NCBI RefSeq assembly: GCF_963921235.1
Contig: NC_086103.1
Location: 10,478,001-10,542,000, forward strand
Direction: 5' to 3'
Origin: Mobula hypostoma
Taxonomy: Eukaryota
DNA: 64,000 nucleotides
Shown here: positions 9,337 to 21,129 of the stretch, in pieces
Position numbering within the stretch: the first letter of the stretch is position 1
How the letters are laid out: the number at the start of each line of letters is the position of its first letter
Notes under the pieces: model-generated
The model's database searches: none
Told to the model about the DNA's origin: nothing
What the model saw: only the letters and a program-made list of their open reading frames with translations
Position numbers and translations under genes: made by a program

Positions 9337-11727
9337 TTAGCGTTGACCTTGAGAAAAGGAAGGATTGTAGGGTTTCAGGAAAAGAAATTCGCTCTTGGAT
9401 GATTCCGGTGACAAGCATACCGAGTAATGATATCTCTCTGGAAAGGGTGCAGTCTGACCAGTTCCAGTACAATTTAGGGGATCCCTTGGCGCATCTCCCT
9501 GCATATATACTTCCCTCGAGTTCCTCGGACAGGAACAACAAATCGGGCAGCCGCCATCTTGAACAATACCACCATCTTGTTTACACTTTAAGACCACCAA
9601 GAAGACGATGATCAGAAGGAACGAAACCGATGTTGATCCGAAGGTGACAAGCAAATAAAGATTTATATCAGAAGCATAACCAGGATTACTATGAAAATCC
9701 CGAGTTTCAGGGATTGTCTCGGTAACATTGCCCAAAATTGACAAAAAGATTGTGGCTGTACCTGACAGACTGGGCTGTCCATTATCCCTCACTAAGACGA
9801 CTATACTCTGCGAGGTATCATCCAAGTCCAAAATACTCCTTGCTGTTCGGATTTCGCCTGAAATACGCCCCACACTGAAGAGAGTGGGATCGGTTGCTTG
9901 AAATATCTGGTAAGAGAGCCGAGCGTTCTGACCAGAATCTGCATCAGTTGCTATGATTTTGGTGACCAAGTATCCCTGACCCGCTGACTGTGGCAGGATC
10001 ACCACCGCTGCAGTCCCGCTCTGTGCTGAAGGTGAAACAATTACCGGAGCGTTGTCATTTTGATCCAGAATAATTACATTCACTGTAGCGCTGCTGCTCA
10101 GTGGGGGCACTCCGGCGTCACGGGCTTGAACATGGAACTGGAAGCTTTTGACCTTCTCATAGTCAAATGAGCGCAATGCGTAAATGGTACCGTTCATCGA
10201 GTTAATACTGAAGTAAGTGAGCACCAGCGAATCCTGCAAATTTCCCCAAAAGGAATAAGAAATATAGCAGTTCTGGTCCAGATCAGAATCAATCGCAGTC
10301 AGTGTGAAAATAGACCCACCTGGAGAGTTGTTCTCCATCACATAGACGGCGTAGGAAGATTGGGAAAATTGTGGTGTGCTGTCATTAACATCAGACACCG
10401 ATATCTCGATAGTTTTATTTGTTGATAATGGAGGAGACCCGGCGTCCCAGGCTGTGACAGGTATCTTATAGGTCGGTGCGGTTTCCCGATCCAACGGACG
10501 AGTGGTGGTCACTTTATAATGGCTGTTCTGGGATGACTCAATTTTAAAGGGAAGGCCCAGAGGAATTTCAGAGCGAATTAGTCCGTTTGCTCCTGAATCG
10601 TGATCTGTAACGTCCAGTAGAGCTACAACTGTTCCGGGCGCAACATCTTCGGGGATTTTGCCAGATATGGAGGTCACTGTTATCTCCGGGGCATTATCAT
10701 TTACATCAATCAAATCGATCAGCACTTTGGCATGCCCTGTAATTGATGGTGAGCCATTGTCCACAGCCTGGACATCAAGTTCATAACTTTGCTCATTTTC
10801 AAAGTCCAGCTGTTCCCGAACTTTGATCGCTCCAGTTTCAGCGTCCAGACTGAATAATTCACGCACTCTCTCTGGGATAAGATTAGAGAACGAATATCTT
10901 AACTCGGCATTAATACCTTGGTCCAGATCGACAGCTTTGATTTTGATCACTAAGGTTCCTATTGGTGCGTTTTCTTTCAGCCTTGCCGTATACACATCAT
11001 TCTCGAACATAGGCGCATTATCATTGATGTCCAACAAATTGATTTTGATTTGAGTTGTGCCAGATCTCGGAGGATTGCCGCCGTCAACGGCCGTCAGTAC
11101 AAGATCAAAAGATGCCTGTTTCTCACGGTCCAAAGATTTCTCTAACACCAATTCTGCATTTGTAACAGTATTCTTTCTGATGTGCACCTTCAAACCAAAG
11201 TTCTCGTTGGGAGTGATGGTATACGTTTTAACTGTGTTTGATCCCACGTCTGGATCAAGTGCGCTCTCTAGTGGGAAGCGGGTACCCGGTGCAACAGATT
11301 CAGCCATTTGCAAGACAATGGTGTTTTCTTGGAACGAGGGCGGATTATCATTTATATCAAGAATCTCCACTTCCCCGCGGTACATTTCGAGGGGGGTTTC
11401 TAGTACTACCTGAAAGGCAATATTACAAGTAGGACCCTGTGTACAAAGCTGCTCTCTGTCTATCCGACCGCTCACAAACAGGAGCCCAGTCTCTAAATTT
11501 ACCTCTAGATACCGGCTTCCGTCACCGGAGACTAGGCGACATTTTCGTAATGATAATTCTCGAGCGATTAGTCCTAAATTTTCAGCAATATTCCCGACAG
11601 AAGAGCCATATTCCAATTCCTCTGGAATAGAAAAGCGAATCAGACCCGATCCCTGTCTCAGTATGAAAAGGAGAATAAAATTCAGCATCAACAGTACCAT
11701 GGCGTTGTTGTTCTGCGAATTCACCAT
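9337..11727 (-). CDS. Clustered protocadherin, variable-exon-type ORF (gene B), 796 aa
   Basis: Same domain layout and motifs as gene A; intact ORF. Confidence 0.96.
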   Translation of the reverse strand: MVNSQNNNAMVLLMLNFILLFILRQGSGLIRFSIPEELEYGSSVGNIAENLGLIARELSLRKCRLVSGDGSRYLEVNLETGLLFVSGRIDREQLCTQGPTCNIAFQVVLETPLEMYRGEVEILDINDNPPSFQENTIVLQMAESVAPGTRFPLESALDPDVGSNTVKTYTITPNENFGLKVHIRKNTVTNAELVLEKSLDREKQASFDLVLTAVDGGNPPRSGTTQIKINLLDINDNAPMFENDVYTARLKENAPIGTLVIKIKAVDLDQGINAELRYSFSNLIPERVRELFSLDAETGAIKVREQLDFENEQSYELDVQAVDNGSPSITGHAKVLIDLIDVNDNAPEITVTSISGKIPEDVAPGTVVALLDVTDHDSGANGLIRSEIPLGLPFKIESSQNSHYKVTTTRPLDRETAPTYKIPVTAWDAGSPPLSTNKTIEISVSDVNDSTPQFSQSSYAVYVMENNSPGGSIFTLTAIDSDLDQNCYISYSFWGNLQDSLVLTYFSINSMNGTIYALRSFDYEKVKSFQFHVQARDAGVPPLSSSATVNVIILDQNDNAPVIVSPSAQSGTAAVVILPQSAGQGYLVTKIIATDADSGQNARLSYQIFQATDPTLFSVGRISGEIRTARSILDLDDTSQSIVVLVRDNGQPSLSGTATIFLSILGNVTETIPETRDFHSNPGYASDINLYLLVTFGSTSVSFLLIIVFLVVLKCKQDGGIVQDGGCPICCSCPRNSREVYMQGDAPRDPLNCTGTGQTAPFPERYHYSVCLSPESSKSEFLFLKPYNPSFSQGQR

Positions 11728-11864
11728 TGTCTCTGCGTCAGATTATTATCCTTTTATATCTGTATAATTGTTTCAGGAGCTCTAGCGATAGTTAAACCCT
11801 TTGACCGGTGTACTATATGCAGAATTCACACTGAAAATGTTTCTCGAAGCTATAAGTCCGCAAT

Positions 11865-12045
11865 ATCAATGAAAAATCCTTTCCGTCACCAGCGAGGAGG
11901 GGCAATGGATCTCCCACAGAAAGTGGATACCTATTGGTTGTCGGTAGCATAATGAGCCTTGTCAATAACTGCTGAATGCAGTTCTTAAAGCTGGACTGCA
12001 ACGGGAATTTTGTGTGTTGCAATTAAAATACAGATTGACAGATCA
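11865..12045 (-). promoter_or_regulatory. Conserved promoter module of gene B
   Basis: Identical 25-mer at 11887-11911, ATTGG 11933, GTCAAT 11961, CTTAAAGCT 11984. Confidence 0.75.
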
Positions 12046-12303
12046 TCTGCATTTACATTATCCTCGTAGCAAACATGTTAAAATGAGTGTTTTAGTGTTT
12101 TGATAGTATTGATCATTGAGTTTCGAAACGATCAGCTTCCCCATTTGGTGCCGAGATTAACAGTACAACAGCTATTTACGAGGAAATTCTTTGGATATGT
12201 TGACATATAAATGTAAACTGTTGACATCTGAATAGTTGTTACTTAATGAATTTCGACCTCATCACAATTTAAGCGCACTATGACTTGGAAATATAATTGT
12301 TGT

Positions 12304-12616
12304 GTGTGGCATGTGGCCAAGTGGTTAAGGCATTGGACTAGTGACCTGAAGGTCGTGAGTTCGAGTCCCAGCCGAGGGAACGCGTTGTGTCCTTGAGCAA
12401 GGCACTTAATCACACATTGCTCTGCGACGACACTGGTGCCAAGGTGTATTGGTGCTAATGCCCTTCCCTTGGACAACATCAGTGTCGTGGAGAGTGGAGA
12501 CTTGCAGCATGGGCCACTGCTGGTCTTCCATACAACCCTGCCCAGGCTTCCGCCCTGGAGAGTGAAGACTTTCCAGGTGCAGATCCATGGTCTCACAAGA
12601 CTAACGGATGCCTTTT
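12304..12616 (+). mobile_element. tRNA-derived SINE with CORE-like central domain (copy 1)
   Basis: A-box TGGCCAAGTGG, B-box GTTCGAGTCC, GTGTCCTTGAGCAAGGCACTTAA central motif; 12-bp TSD TATAATTGTTGT (12292-12303 / 12617-12628). Confidence 0.88.
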
Positions 12617-15600
12617 TATAATTGTTGTATTTCTTGGCAACCAATGAATCGAAACCGCATCCTTTTGTACTCAAGAAATTCAGCAATTACATTAATCCAT
12701 CTCAACCATGTGACTTCTCATATAAATACCCATCAAACTCTGTCGTCTCACTCCAATTATGCCAACATCCTCTATAACAGAGGACAAAGAATTTCTGATT
12801 TGGCACATGATTCTGCAATGTAAAGCGTTCAAGAATGTTGGGAATGAGAATGTTAGGCTGGAGGAAGAACATGTATAGAAATTGCCTTACGCTACTGGAG
12901 AGCTGGACAGCGTTTGAAGAGACCGGAATGTCAACCGTTTTGTTGCATTTAAGAAACAACTGGAGTGTTGTTGTGAAACAAACGATAACCTAAAAGACAG
13001 AAAATGGCCATGTTAAATCGTTGCGCATACAGCACTTAGTGCTTAATGATTATTGTGAGAATACGGATATTTACTCACATCTTCTCCGTGCCCAACACAC
13101 ACAGTCATTCGCACAGACACCTTGAATCTGGTCTTTCAAGAAAAAAATATGGGACCTATGACTGGTAAACATGAGAACATAAAAATTAGAAGCAGGAGTA
13201 GACTATTTGGCAATGGAGATTGTCCCGGCTTGAATAAGATCATGGCTTTCTCTGTGTAACCTCTCTTCCAGCTATCTGCCTTTTCCTCATAACCCTCAGT
13301 TCCCTGCTATACAGAAGTCTATTTAACTGTGTTTTAACAATACGATAGACTCTAATGCTTCCCTGGGCAGAGAATTCCACAATTAAAGACCATGAAAGTT
13401 GAAATTTCAAAGTAAAATTTATTATCAGAGTGCATACATGTCGCCACATGCAACCCTGAGATTCTTTTCCCTTCGTGCATACATACAATTATAAGAGTAT
13501 AATTGGGGAATTTGGTTGATCGAAGCTGCCTCGCCATTCCATCGTGGCTGATCTATTATCCTTCTCAACATCATTCTCCAGCATTCTCCCCTCCCTACTC
13601 TCTGGCGACAACCATTTCTCGTCCTCTCCATCCTACATCTATTCCCTCGAATCTCGAGAAATGTCCCTGGTTTCAGACTAAAGGATAAAACGAAACTCAA
13701 TGTAATAAATCGTGGGTTGTTCATTTCAGCCTTCTCAGACCGGAAGATGGGAATTTAACCTAATGCAGTTTCATAAATATAAAGCTACTAGAAATATTTT
13801 AACGGTTAAACGGTTAGGTTAAAGACAACATAGTCCACTATAAAATGCACTGTCCCGGGTTCGAGGCAACTCGGCTGAGAAATGAGAAGGAAGCACTAAT
13901 GAAACGAACCAGGTAAACTTATACCTGTACTTCAATTCCATTTAAAGCATGAAAAGTCTACGGTGCCAAAATTCTGAAAGAAGTAACAGAATATTGCAAA
14001 AACTCAACAGGTCAGGCAGAAGACGAGTTAGAGTTTCAGCTTAATATCCCGAAACGTTATGTGTTTTCCTTCCCATAACGCTGCCTCGCTGCCTCGCTTG
14101 TTGAGTTTTTTTTTCCTTTCAGCATTGTTGTATTTAACGTAAATCCACAGAGGATATCGAAGGCAAAATAAAATGTAAGGAAACTGAGAAACGACTGGAA
14201 AGGAAAAGAAAGCAGAAAAAACTAAACGCGAAAGCGAAAGCATTCTATTTAGGGCAGTCAGCCTTCAGCCGTTGCACAGAGCAAGCTCACCAGCTTGACA
14301 GAAATTGCAGAATCTTTTAATAGTTTTTTGTTTAAGTCATCGGAAATTAAAGCAGAAAAAAAAACTAAACGCAAAGATAATGAATTCCGTTTTCTACCTT
14401 CAAGCCCTAACACGTGCACAAACAAGCTCAGCTAATTTGACAGAAGTTCCAGAATCGTTTCATAGCCCGTTTGGGTAGTTGTTATTCGGGTTTATATCCA
14501 GCACAGACAGCGTATGACAGATGTCGAACAGTTACAACAGAGAGAAACAAGCATGTTGGCCTATCGGCCATGCAGACCAAAACGTCTGACCAAGCTGGTC
14601 GCACTTCACTACAATTAACTCTGATCACTGTACACATTTTCTCTCCATGAATCTTCTAAAGGTCGCATAAACATTGAATTTGTACCCGCCTCTAGACCTT
14701 CCTCTGCCAGATCATTCTATACACCTGTCTGTGTCATAAAGACTTACTTCTGGTCCCTTTTTAAACGTTTCTGTCTCTCAACTTAAATCTATCTCCTCTA
14801 ATTATAGACTCCATTGCACTGAGAAAAAATCTGCGACCATCGAACGTAACTATGCACCTCTATCAGGTAACACATTAGCAAACTGGATCCAGGGGGGGGA
14901 ATCCCAGGCCATCCAGCCTGTCTCAGAAACTCAAGTCCTCCAGTCCTTATAGCAACCTCATTAATCTTATCTGCACCTTTTCTACCGTTCTCATATCTGG
15001 CCGACCAGGACTACATGCTGTATTCCGTATGTAGTCTGCCCAACAACATGTACAGCGCAGCTTGGTGTCCTAACACTTTATGTAATACACTAACCAACGA
15101 AGGCAAGCCTGCCAAACGCCTTCCCTTCTCCTCGACTCTGTCCATCTGTGCCAGCACTTAAAATCATCTACGCCCGTGTGGTCTCTGTAGACACGGGCAA
15201 ATCCTATATATCTGGAAAAAAATATTTATAACAATTCTAGGAGATTTCGAAGAGCGTAAACCAATGAATTAATCAGTATTAAAGTTAAAATCTCTGTTCC
15301 AAGGGGAATTCTTCGATAAGGTTTGATAAGAAAACAGTTAGCGATTACCAAATGCAACGTACAATAGTAAAGGTGTTTCTTATCACGGTGCGAGTAGGCA
15401 TATATTCATAATTTTGTTCCTAAATAAGTATTAAATTTTATTGGTGAACTGTATACCAAAGCCATAATGTCAGTGTCATGAAAGGCAACCTATGCTGAAA
15501 GCTGTATTTGTAAATTATCCCAGTATCAGGTAATCATTCTAAAGTATAAGAAAAGATATGGACTGTGGATTTCAAAACGGAATTTAATTATAATCTAATC

Positions 15601-15637
15601 GTTTTGAATTAATTGAAAAACAACATAAGGATAATCT

Positions 15638-15755
15638 CAAATAACAGGAATTCTGCTGATGCTGGAAATTCAAGCAACACACATCAAAGTTGCTGGTGAA
15701 CGCAGTCCTGACGAAGGGTCTCGGCCTGAAACGTCGACTGCACCTCTTCCTACAG
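15638..15755. mobile_element. 118-bp Penelope-derived insertion (inverted terminal fragment joined to hammerhead segment)
   Basis: 13-bp direct repeat ATAAGGATAATCT (15625-15637 / 15756-15768). Both halves match the contiguous fragment at 23299-23380 (first half inverted). Paralogous site at ~8060 is empty. Confidence 0.8.
15702..15741 (+). ncRNA. Minimal type I hammerhead ribozyme motif
   Basis: GCAGTC-CTGACGA-AGGGTCTCGGCCT-GAAA-CGTC-GACTGC: 6-bp stem I, intact core, short stem II, palindromic minimal stem III, GUC cleavage triplet ending at 15735. Expression and activity not shown. Confidence 0.7.
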
Positions 15756-16835
15756 ATAAGGATAATCTGTATGGTACTACAATTTCCAAGAGTAGAATAC
15801 TGCGATACATGAAAATTAAGAATTTAATGGGGATTTAATGGAAATTTGATTGAAGATAGAAATAAGAAAGACATTAAAAACTAATCCTGCAGAATAGGCC
15901 ATTTATAAGGGACGCAGCCAGCGAGTGCAGCAAACCAGCTACAGCAGGAAGGAATTTAAGGACATAGCAGAATCGTTTTAAGTTTGGTTAGAAAGTATAT
16001 TTGAAAACTTCATGGAGGCGTAGGAGAAAAAAACACACAAAACGATGCTATTTTGCAGGCTAAATTGTAAATTTACAAAAAAGGTTAAGAAATTTGCTGA
16101 ATAGGGAAGGCAGTGGGCTGATTTGATAACGTTTCTAAGTCTAAATAAAGAGGAAAATATTTCCATTTGAAAACCTTACGATGAAATAAGGTGCCCAAAG
16201 ATCATACATCCTAGCAATACTCAGACAATATAAACCAACAGGTAATTCAATGAAAACAATTTCATTTAAAGACCGGGAAACATAGCACCGCATTTTGTCA
16301 AATAGCAAAAATACCTGTAAGCGAAAGATTGATAAGCACAGGAGAAATAGTACCATGCCGCTGGCGGTGGATGAAGAATGCGGAGGACAGAAGGGTTTTA
16401 TGGAGGAAGAACATGGGAACGGCCTATTGGAATAAACTGCCTTGGGGGTAAATATACACTGAACATAACGTGCCCTATTAAATCTAAAAGTATCTCACAA
16501 AGTTTCTTTGCCTCCAGACAAGGTCTTAACTTTATGGTCAGTTCATGAAGTAAAGATTCATGTCTCTAATACTGTTTTTTCACTAGGAAACAAAACTGAT
16601 ACAAACAATTCAAGTCTGTGCAACCTCACAAATCGTTCGAATAAATAACAGCAGGGAGAAGAAAATAGTGTTGTTATTTTCTAATATTACGTCTTAAACG
16701 CTCCGGAAATAAGCATTGTTACTATAATAAATTCCGATCTGGGTCACAGGGGTGGAGAGTACGCGGGTGGGGAGTGGAGCTCGGCCTATGGAATGAGTTG
16801 TTGCCAATCGGAGAGCCCGATAATTGATGTTACCC

Positions 16836-17175
16836 ATGATTATTAATTGGATCAATTGTACTATCATCTTCCCTTAATCATGGTTGGTACGGCATATTTA
16901 TAGTAAACAACCAAATCATGGCAATTACTTTAAAAGTAGTAGTCTGCCCCCTTAATTTAATTAAATATGAAGTTTTTGTAAAACCCTCTCGTTAACCACA
17001 AGTTTATGATTATTAATTGGATCAATTGTACTATCATCTTCCCTTAATCGTGGTTGGTACGGCATATTTATAGTAAACAACCAAATCATGGCAATTACTT
17101 TAAAAGTAGTAGTATGCCCCCTTAATTTAATTAAATATGAAGTTTTTGTAAAACCCTCTCGTTAACTACAACTTT
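16836..17175. repeat. 170-bp tandem duplication (2 copies)
   Basis: 16836-17005 vs 17006-17175, 4 substitutions seen; ATGATT at 16836, 17006 and 17176. Confidence 0.95.
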
Positions 17176-17180
17176 ATGAT

Positions 17181-19574
17181 TTAGCGTTGAACTTGAGTGA
17201 AGTTTGGATTGTAGGGTTTCAGGAAAAGAAATTCACTCTTCGATGATTCCGGTGTCAAACACACCGAGTACTGATAACCCTCGGGGAAAGATCCATTCTG
17301 ACCAGTTCCAGCGCAATTTAAAGGATCGCTTCGCACATCGCCCCGAATAAATACTTCCTTCGAGTTCCTGGGTTTGCAACAACAATTTGGGCATCCGCCA
17401 TCTAGAACTATGCCCCCATCTTGTTTACACTTTACTACAAACAAGAAGACAATGATCAGAAAGAACAAAATCGATGTTGATCCGAACGTGACAAGTAAAT
17501 AAAAATTCATGTCCGAAACATAACTAGGATTAATATCAAAATCCCTAGTTTCGGTGACACTCTCAGTAACATTCCCTAAAATCGATAAAACTATTGTCGC
17601 TGTACTGGACAGGCTCGGCTGTCCGTTATCTCTCACTAAGACGAGTATATTCTGCGAGGTATCATCGAGTTCCAAGATACTTCTCGTTGTTCTGATTTCC
17701 CCTGAATTCCGACCTACGCTAAAGAGAGTGGGATCAGTTGCTTGAACTATCTGATAGGAGAGACGAGCATTCTGACCAGAATCTGCATCAGTCGCCATGA
17801 TTTTGGTGACCAAGTACCCCTGACCCGCTGAATGGGGCAGGATCTCCATGGGTGATGATCCACCCGGTGCGGAAGGATAAACAATCACTGGTGCGTTGTC
17901 ATTTTGATCCAGGATGATGACACTCACTGTAGCACTGCTGCTCAGCGGGGGCACTCCGGCGTCACGGGCTTGAACATGGAACTGGAAGCTTTTAACCTGC
18001 TCGTAGTCGAATGAGCGTAATGCGTAAATGGTCCCGTTCATATAGTTAATGCTGAAGTAAGTGGGCACCACCGAATCCTGCAGATTCCCCGTGAATGAAT
18101 AAGAGATATAAGAATTTTGGTCCAGATCAGGATCGAATACGGTCAGTGCAAAAATAGAAGCGCCCGGAACGTTATTCTCCATCACATAGACGGCGTAAGA
18201 AGACTGGGAAAATTGTGGTGTATTGTCATTTACATCAGACACCAGTATCTCGATGGTTGTATTTGTTGATAGTGGAGGAGAGCCGGAGTCCCAGACTGTG
18301 ACAGGTATATTATATGTTGGTGTGGTTTCTCGATCCAACAGACGAGTGGTGGTCACTTTATAATGGTTGTTCAGATATGACTGAAATTTAAAGGGAAGGT
18401 CCACTGTCATATCACAGTGAACTTCTCCGTTTGCTCCGGAATCGCGATCAATTATATCAACTAGAGCAACCACTGTCCCGGGTGCAGCATTCTCGGGGAC
18501 TTTCCCAGACATGGAGGTCACTGTTATCTTAGGGACGTTATCATTCATATCAATCAAATCGATCAGCACTTTGGAATGTCCGGTAATGGACGGTGAACCA
18601 TTATCCACGGCCTGGACATCAAGTTCATAACTTTTCTCATTTTCATAATCTAGAAGTTTCTGAACTTTGATCTCTCCACTTTCAGGGTCCAGACTGAATA
18701 ATTCCTGCACTCTCTCTGGGACAAGATTAGAAAACGAGTATTTAAACTCTGCATTCGTACCTTGGTCCAGATCGACAGCATTGATTTTGATCACCAAGGT
18801 TCCTACTGGTGCGTTTTCTTCCAGGCTCGCAGTATATATATCATTCTCGAATACAGGCGCATTATCGTTACTGTCCAATACATTAATGGTGAGTTGAGTA
18901 GTTCCGGTTCTCTGAGGTTTGCCGCCGTCAACAGCCGTCAGAACAAGCTGGAACGATGCCTGCTTTTCACGGTCCAAAAATTTCTCCAACAGTAGCTCTG
19001 CATTTGTAACAGTATTCTTTCTGACGTGCACTTTCAAACCAAAGTTCTCGTTGGGACTGATTAAATACGTATTGACCGTGTTTATTCCTATGTCTGGATC
19101 AAGCGCGCTCTCTAGCGGGAAGCGCGAACCCGGTGCAACAGATTCAGCCATTTGTAAAACAATGGCGTTCTCTGGGAAAGAAGGCGAATTATCATTTATA
19201 TCGAGAATCTCCACTTCACCGCGGTACATTTCGAGGGGGTTTTCTAGTATTATCTGGAAACCAAGATTACAAGACAGGCTTTGTGCACAAAGCTGTTCTC
19301 TGTCTATTCGACCGCTAACAAACAGGACACCAGTCTCTAAATTTACCTGGAAGTGGCGGCTTCCGTCAGCGGAAATTAAGCGGCATTTTCGTGCTGATAA
19401 TTCTCGAGCGATTAGTCCTAAATGTTCAGCAATATTCCCGACAGCAGAGCCATATTCCAATTCTTCTGAAATAGAATAGCGAATCAGACCCAGTCCCTGT
19501 CTCAATATGAAAACAAGGAAAATAAAAATCTGCATCATCAATATCAAGGCGTTGTTGTTCTGCGAATTCGTCAT
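17181..19574 (-). CDS. Clustered protocadherin, variable-exon-type ORF (gene C), 797 aa
   Basis: Same domain layout and motifs as gene A; intact ORF. Confidence 0.96.
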   Translation of the reverse strand: MTNSQNNNALILMMQIFIFLVFILRQGLGLIRYSISEELEYGSAVGNIAEHLGLIARELSARKCRLISADGSRHFQVNLETGVLFVSGRIDREQLCAQSLSCNLGFQIILENPLEMYRGEVEILDINDNSPSFPENAIVLQMAESVAPGSRFPLESALDPDIGINTVNTYLISPNENFGLKVHVRKNTVTNAELLLEKFLDREKQASFQLVLTAVDGGKPQRTGTTQLTINVLDSNDNAPVFENDIYTASLEENAPVGTLVIKINAVDLDQGTNAEFKYSFSNLVPERVQELFSLDPESGEIKVQKLLDYENEKSYELDVQAVDNGSPSITGHSKVLIDLIDMNDNVPKITVTSMSGKVPENAAPGTVVALVDIIDRDSGANGEVHCDMTVDLPFKFQSYLNNHYKVTTTRLLDRETTPTYNIPVTVWDSGSPPLSTNTTIEILVSDVNDNTPQFSQSSYAVYVMENNVPGASIFALTVFDPDLDQNSYISYSFTGNLQDSVVPTYFSINYMNGTIYALRSFDYEQVKSFQFHVQARDAGVPPLSSSATVSVIILDQNDNAPVIVYPSAPGGSSPMEILPHSAGQGYLVTKIMATDADSGQNARLSYQIVQATDPTLFSVGRNSGEIRTTRSILELDDTSQNILVLVRDNGQPSLSSTATIVLSILGNVTESVTETRDFDINPSYVSDMNFYLLVTFGSTSILFFLIIVFLFVVKCKQDGGIVLDGGCPNCCCKPRNSKEVFIRGDVRSDPLNCAGTGQNGSFPEGYQYSVCLTPESSKSEFLFLKPYNPNFTQVQR

Positions 19575-19694
19575 TGTCTCTGCGCCAGGTTATTATCTGT
19601 GCAAACGTTTCAAGACCTCTGCCGGCAAAGGAATCCTTCGATCCGTACGCAGAATTCACATAGATTATGTTCCCGGGAGCTTTAGTTCCGCAAT

Positions 19695-19875
19695 ATCAAT
19701 GGAAAATCCTTTCCGTCACCAGCGAGGAGGGGCAATGGATCTCCAGCTGAAAGTGGATTTCTATTGGCGGCCTGCGGTATAATAAGGCCAGTCAATAACT
19801 GCAGAATGTATTTCTTAAAGCTGCACTGCAACGTGATTTTGTGTGTTGCAATTAAAATACAGAGTGACAGAATCA
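19695..19875 (-). promoter_or_regulatory. Conserved promoter module of gene C
   Basis: Identical 25-mer at 19717-19741, ATTGG 19763, GTCAAT 19791, CTTAAAGCT 19814. Confidence 0.75.
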
Positions 19876-20124
19876 TTTGTAATTATATTATCCTCGTAAC
19901 AACCGTTTAAAAATGACTGTTTTAGAAAGTAATGCATTTCTTGACTACCAATGTATCGAAATTGCATTTAATAGTGCCCAAGAAATAGAGCAGCTATATT
20001 CACCAGTTGAATTTTCATGTATATACCTCATAAAACTCTATCATTTCTGTCTAATTATACGAACATCCTCTATTATAGAAGACAGAGAATTTCTGATTTG
20101 GCACCAGATTCCGGGATGTAAGGT

Positions 20125-20545
20125 ACAACATTCAGGCACACGTGTATAGCTAAGGTGCATAAAACATTTGCATATTACTGAACTCGTCAAGGTGATGCAG
20201 AGAGTGGCGCAAAGGATGTTGGAAATGGCAAGAGTCGAGTGCCATGGGAGGGGTTTGGTAAAGGTGGCAGAGAAAGAGTGCCAAGGGCAGGGGATGGCGT
20301 GGGTGCAGACACATTCAGCCCTGGGACAGCAGGCAAGGTCATTTGATTCCAAGCAAATGGCTGATTGATCATTACAGGATGAATCTCTGGGGCTTCCTGC
20401 TCCGTGGCCTCTCCCTTCCCCTTTACCCAACCATGATTCCTTTCTACCTCCTCACATCCCACTTTCAATCAAAAATAGAGATTCAGATCAGAATCACGTG
20501 CATCATCACTCACATACGTCATTAAATTTGGTATTTTTGCGGCAG
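20125..20545. mobile_element. Composite repeat (micro-MITE plus purine-rich body), opposite-orientation relative of 23251-23863
   Basis: Absent from the paralogous position at ~12820; body matches the reverse complement of ~23410-23760. Confidence 0.6.
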
Positions 20546-20814
20546 CAGTACAGTGCAATACCTAAAATGCGCCCTATCTATATAAAGCGTTCGAGAATGT
20601 TGGGAAGGGGGAAAGGCTACGTAGTAGGGACGGCATATAAGTTTCCATCAGGACTGGAGAGGTGGACTGCGTTTGAGGAGACTGGGATGTACCCTATTTT
20701 GTTGCATTTAAGAAACATGAGGAGAGCTATCACTGTATCAGCGATAATCTAAAAGACAGATACTGGTTGTTAAAATTAATAATGGCGCTACTGAATATAC
20801 CAAATATTGTGCTT

Positions 20815-21129
20815 GTGGGCACGTGGCCAAGTGGTTAAGGCATTGGACTAGCGCGCTGAAGGTCGTGAGTTCAAGCCCCAGCCGAGGGGACGTGTTGTGT
20901 CCTTGAGCAAGGCACTTAATCACACGTTGCTCTGCGACGACACTGGTGCCAAGCTGTATGGGTGCTAATGCCATTCCCTTGGACAACATTGGTGTCGTGG
21001 AGAGGGGAGACTTGCAGCACGGGCAACTGCTGGTCTTCCATACAACCTTGCCCAGGCCTGCGCCCTGGAAAGTGAAGCCTTTCCAGGCGCAGATCCATGG
21101 TCTCGCAAGACTAACGGATGCCTTTATTT
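20815..21129 (+). mobile_element. tRNA-derived SINE (copy 2)
   Basis: Colinear with copy 1; 11-bp TSD ATATTGTGCTT (20804-20814 / 21130-21140); empty paralogous site at ~13035-13045. Confidence 0.88.

Noticed and set aside
12304-12376. Possible tRNA gene
   Set aside because: It is the head of a TSD-flanked SINE present three times and runs on into the SINE body.
18919-19479. Antisense ORFs over Pcdh exons (also 5955-6383, 10823-11413, 28901-29251)
   Set aside because: Shadow frames of a conserved coding strand; lengths and starts differ between paralogues.
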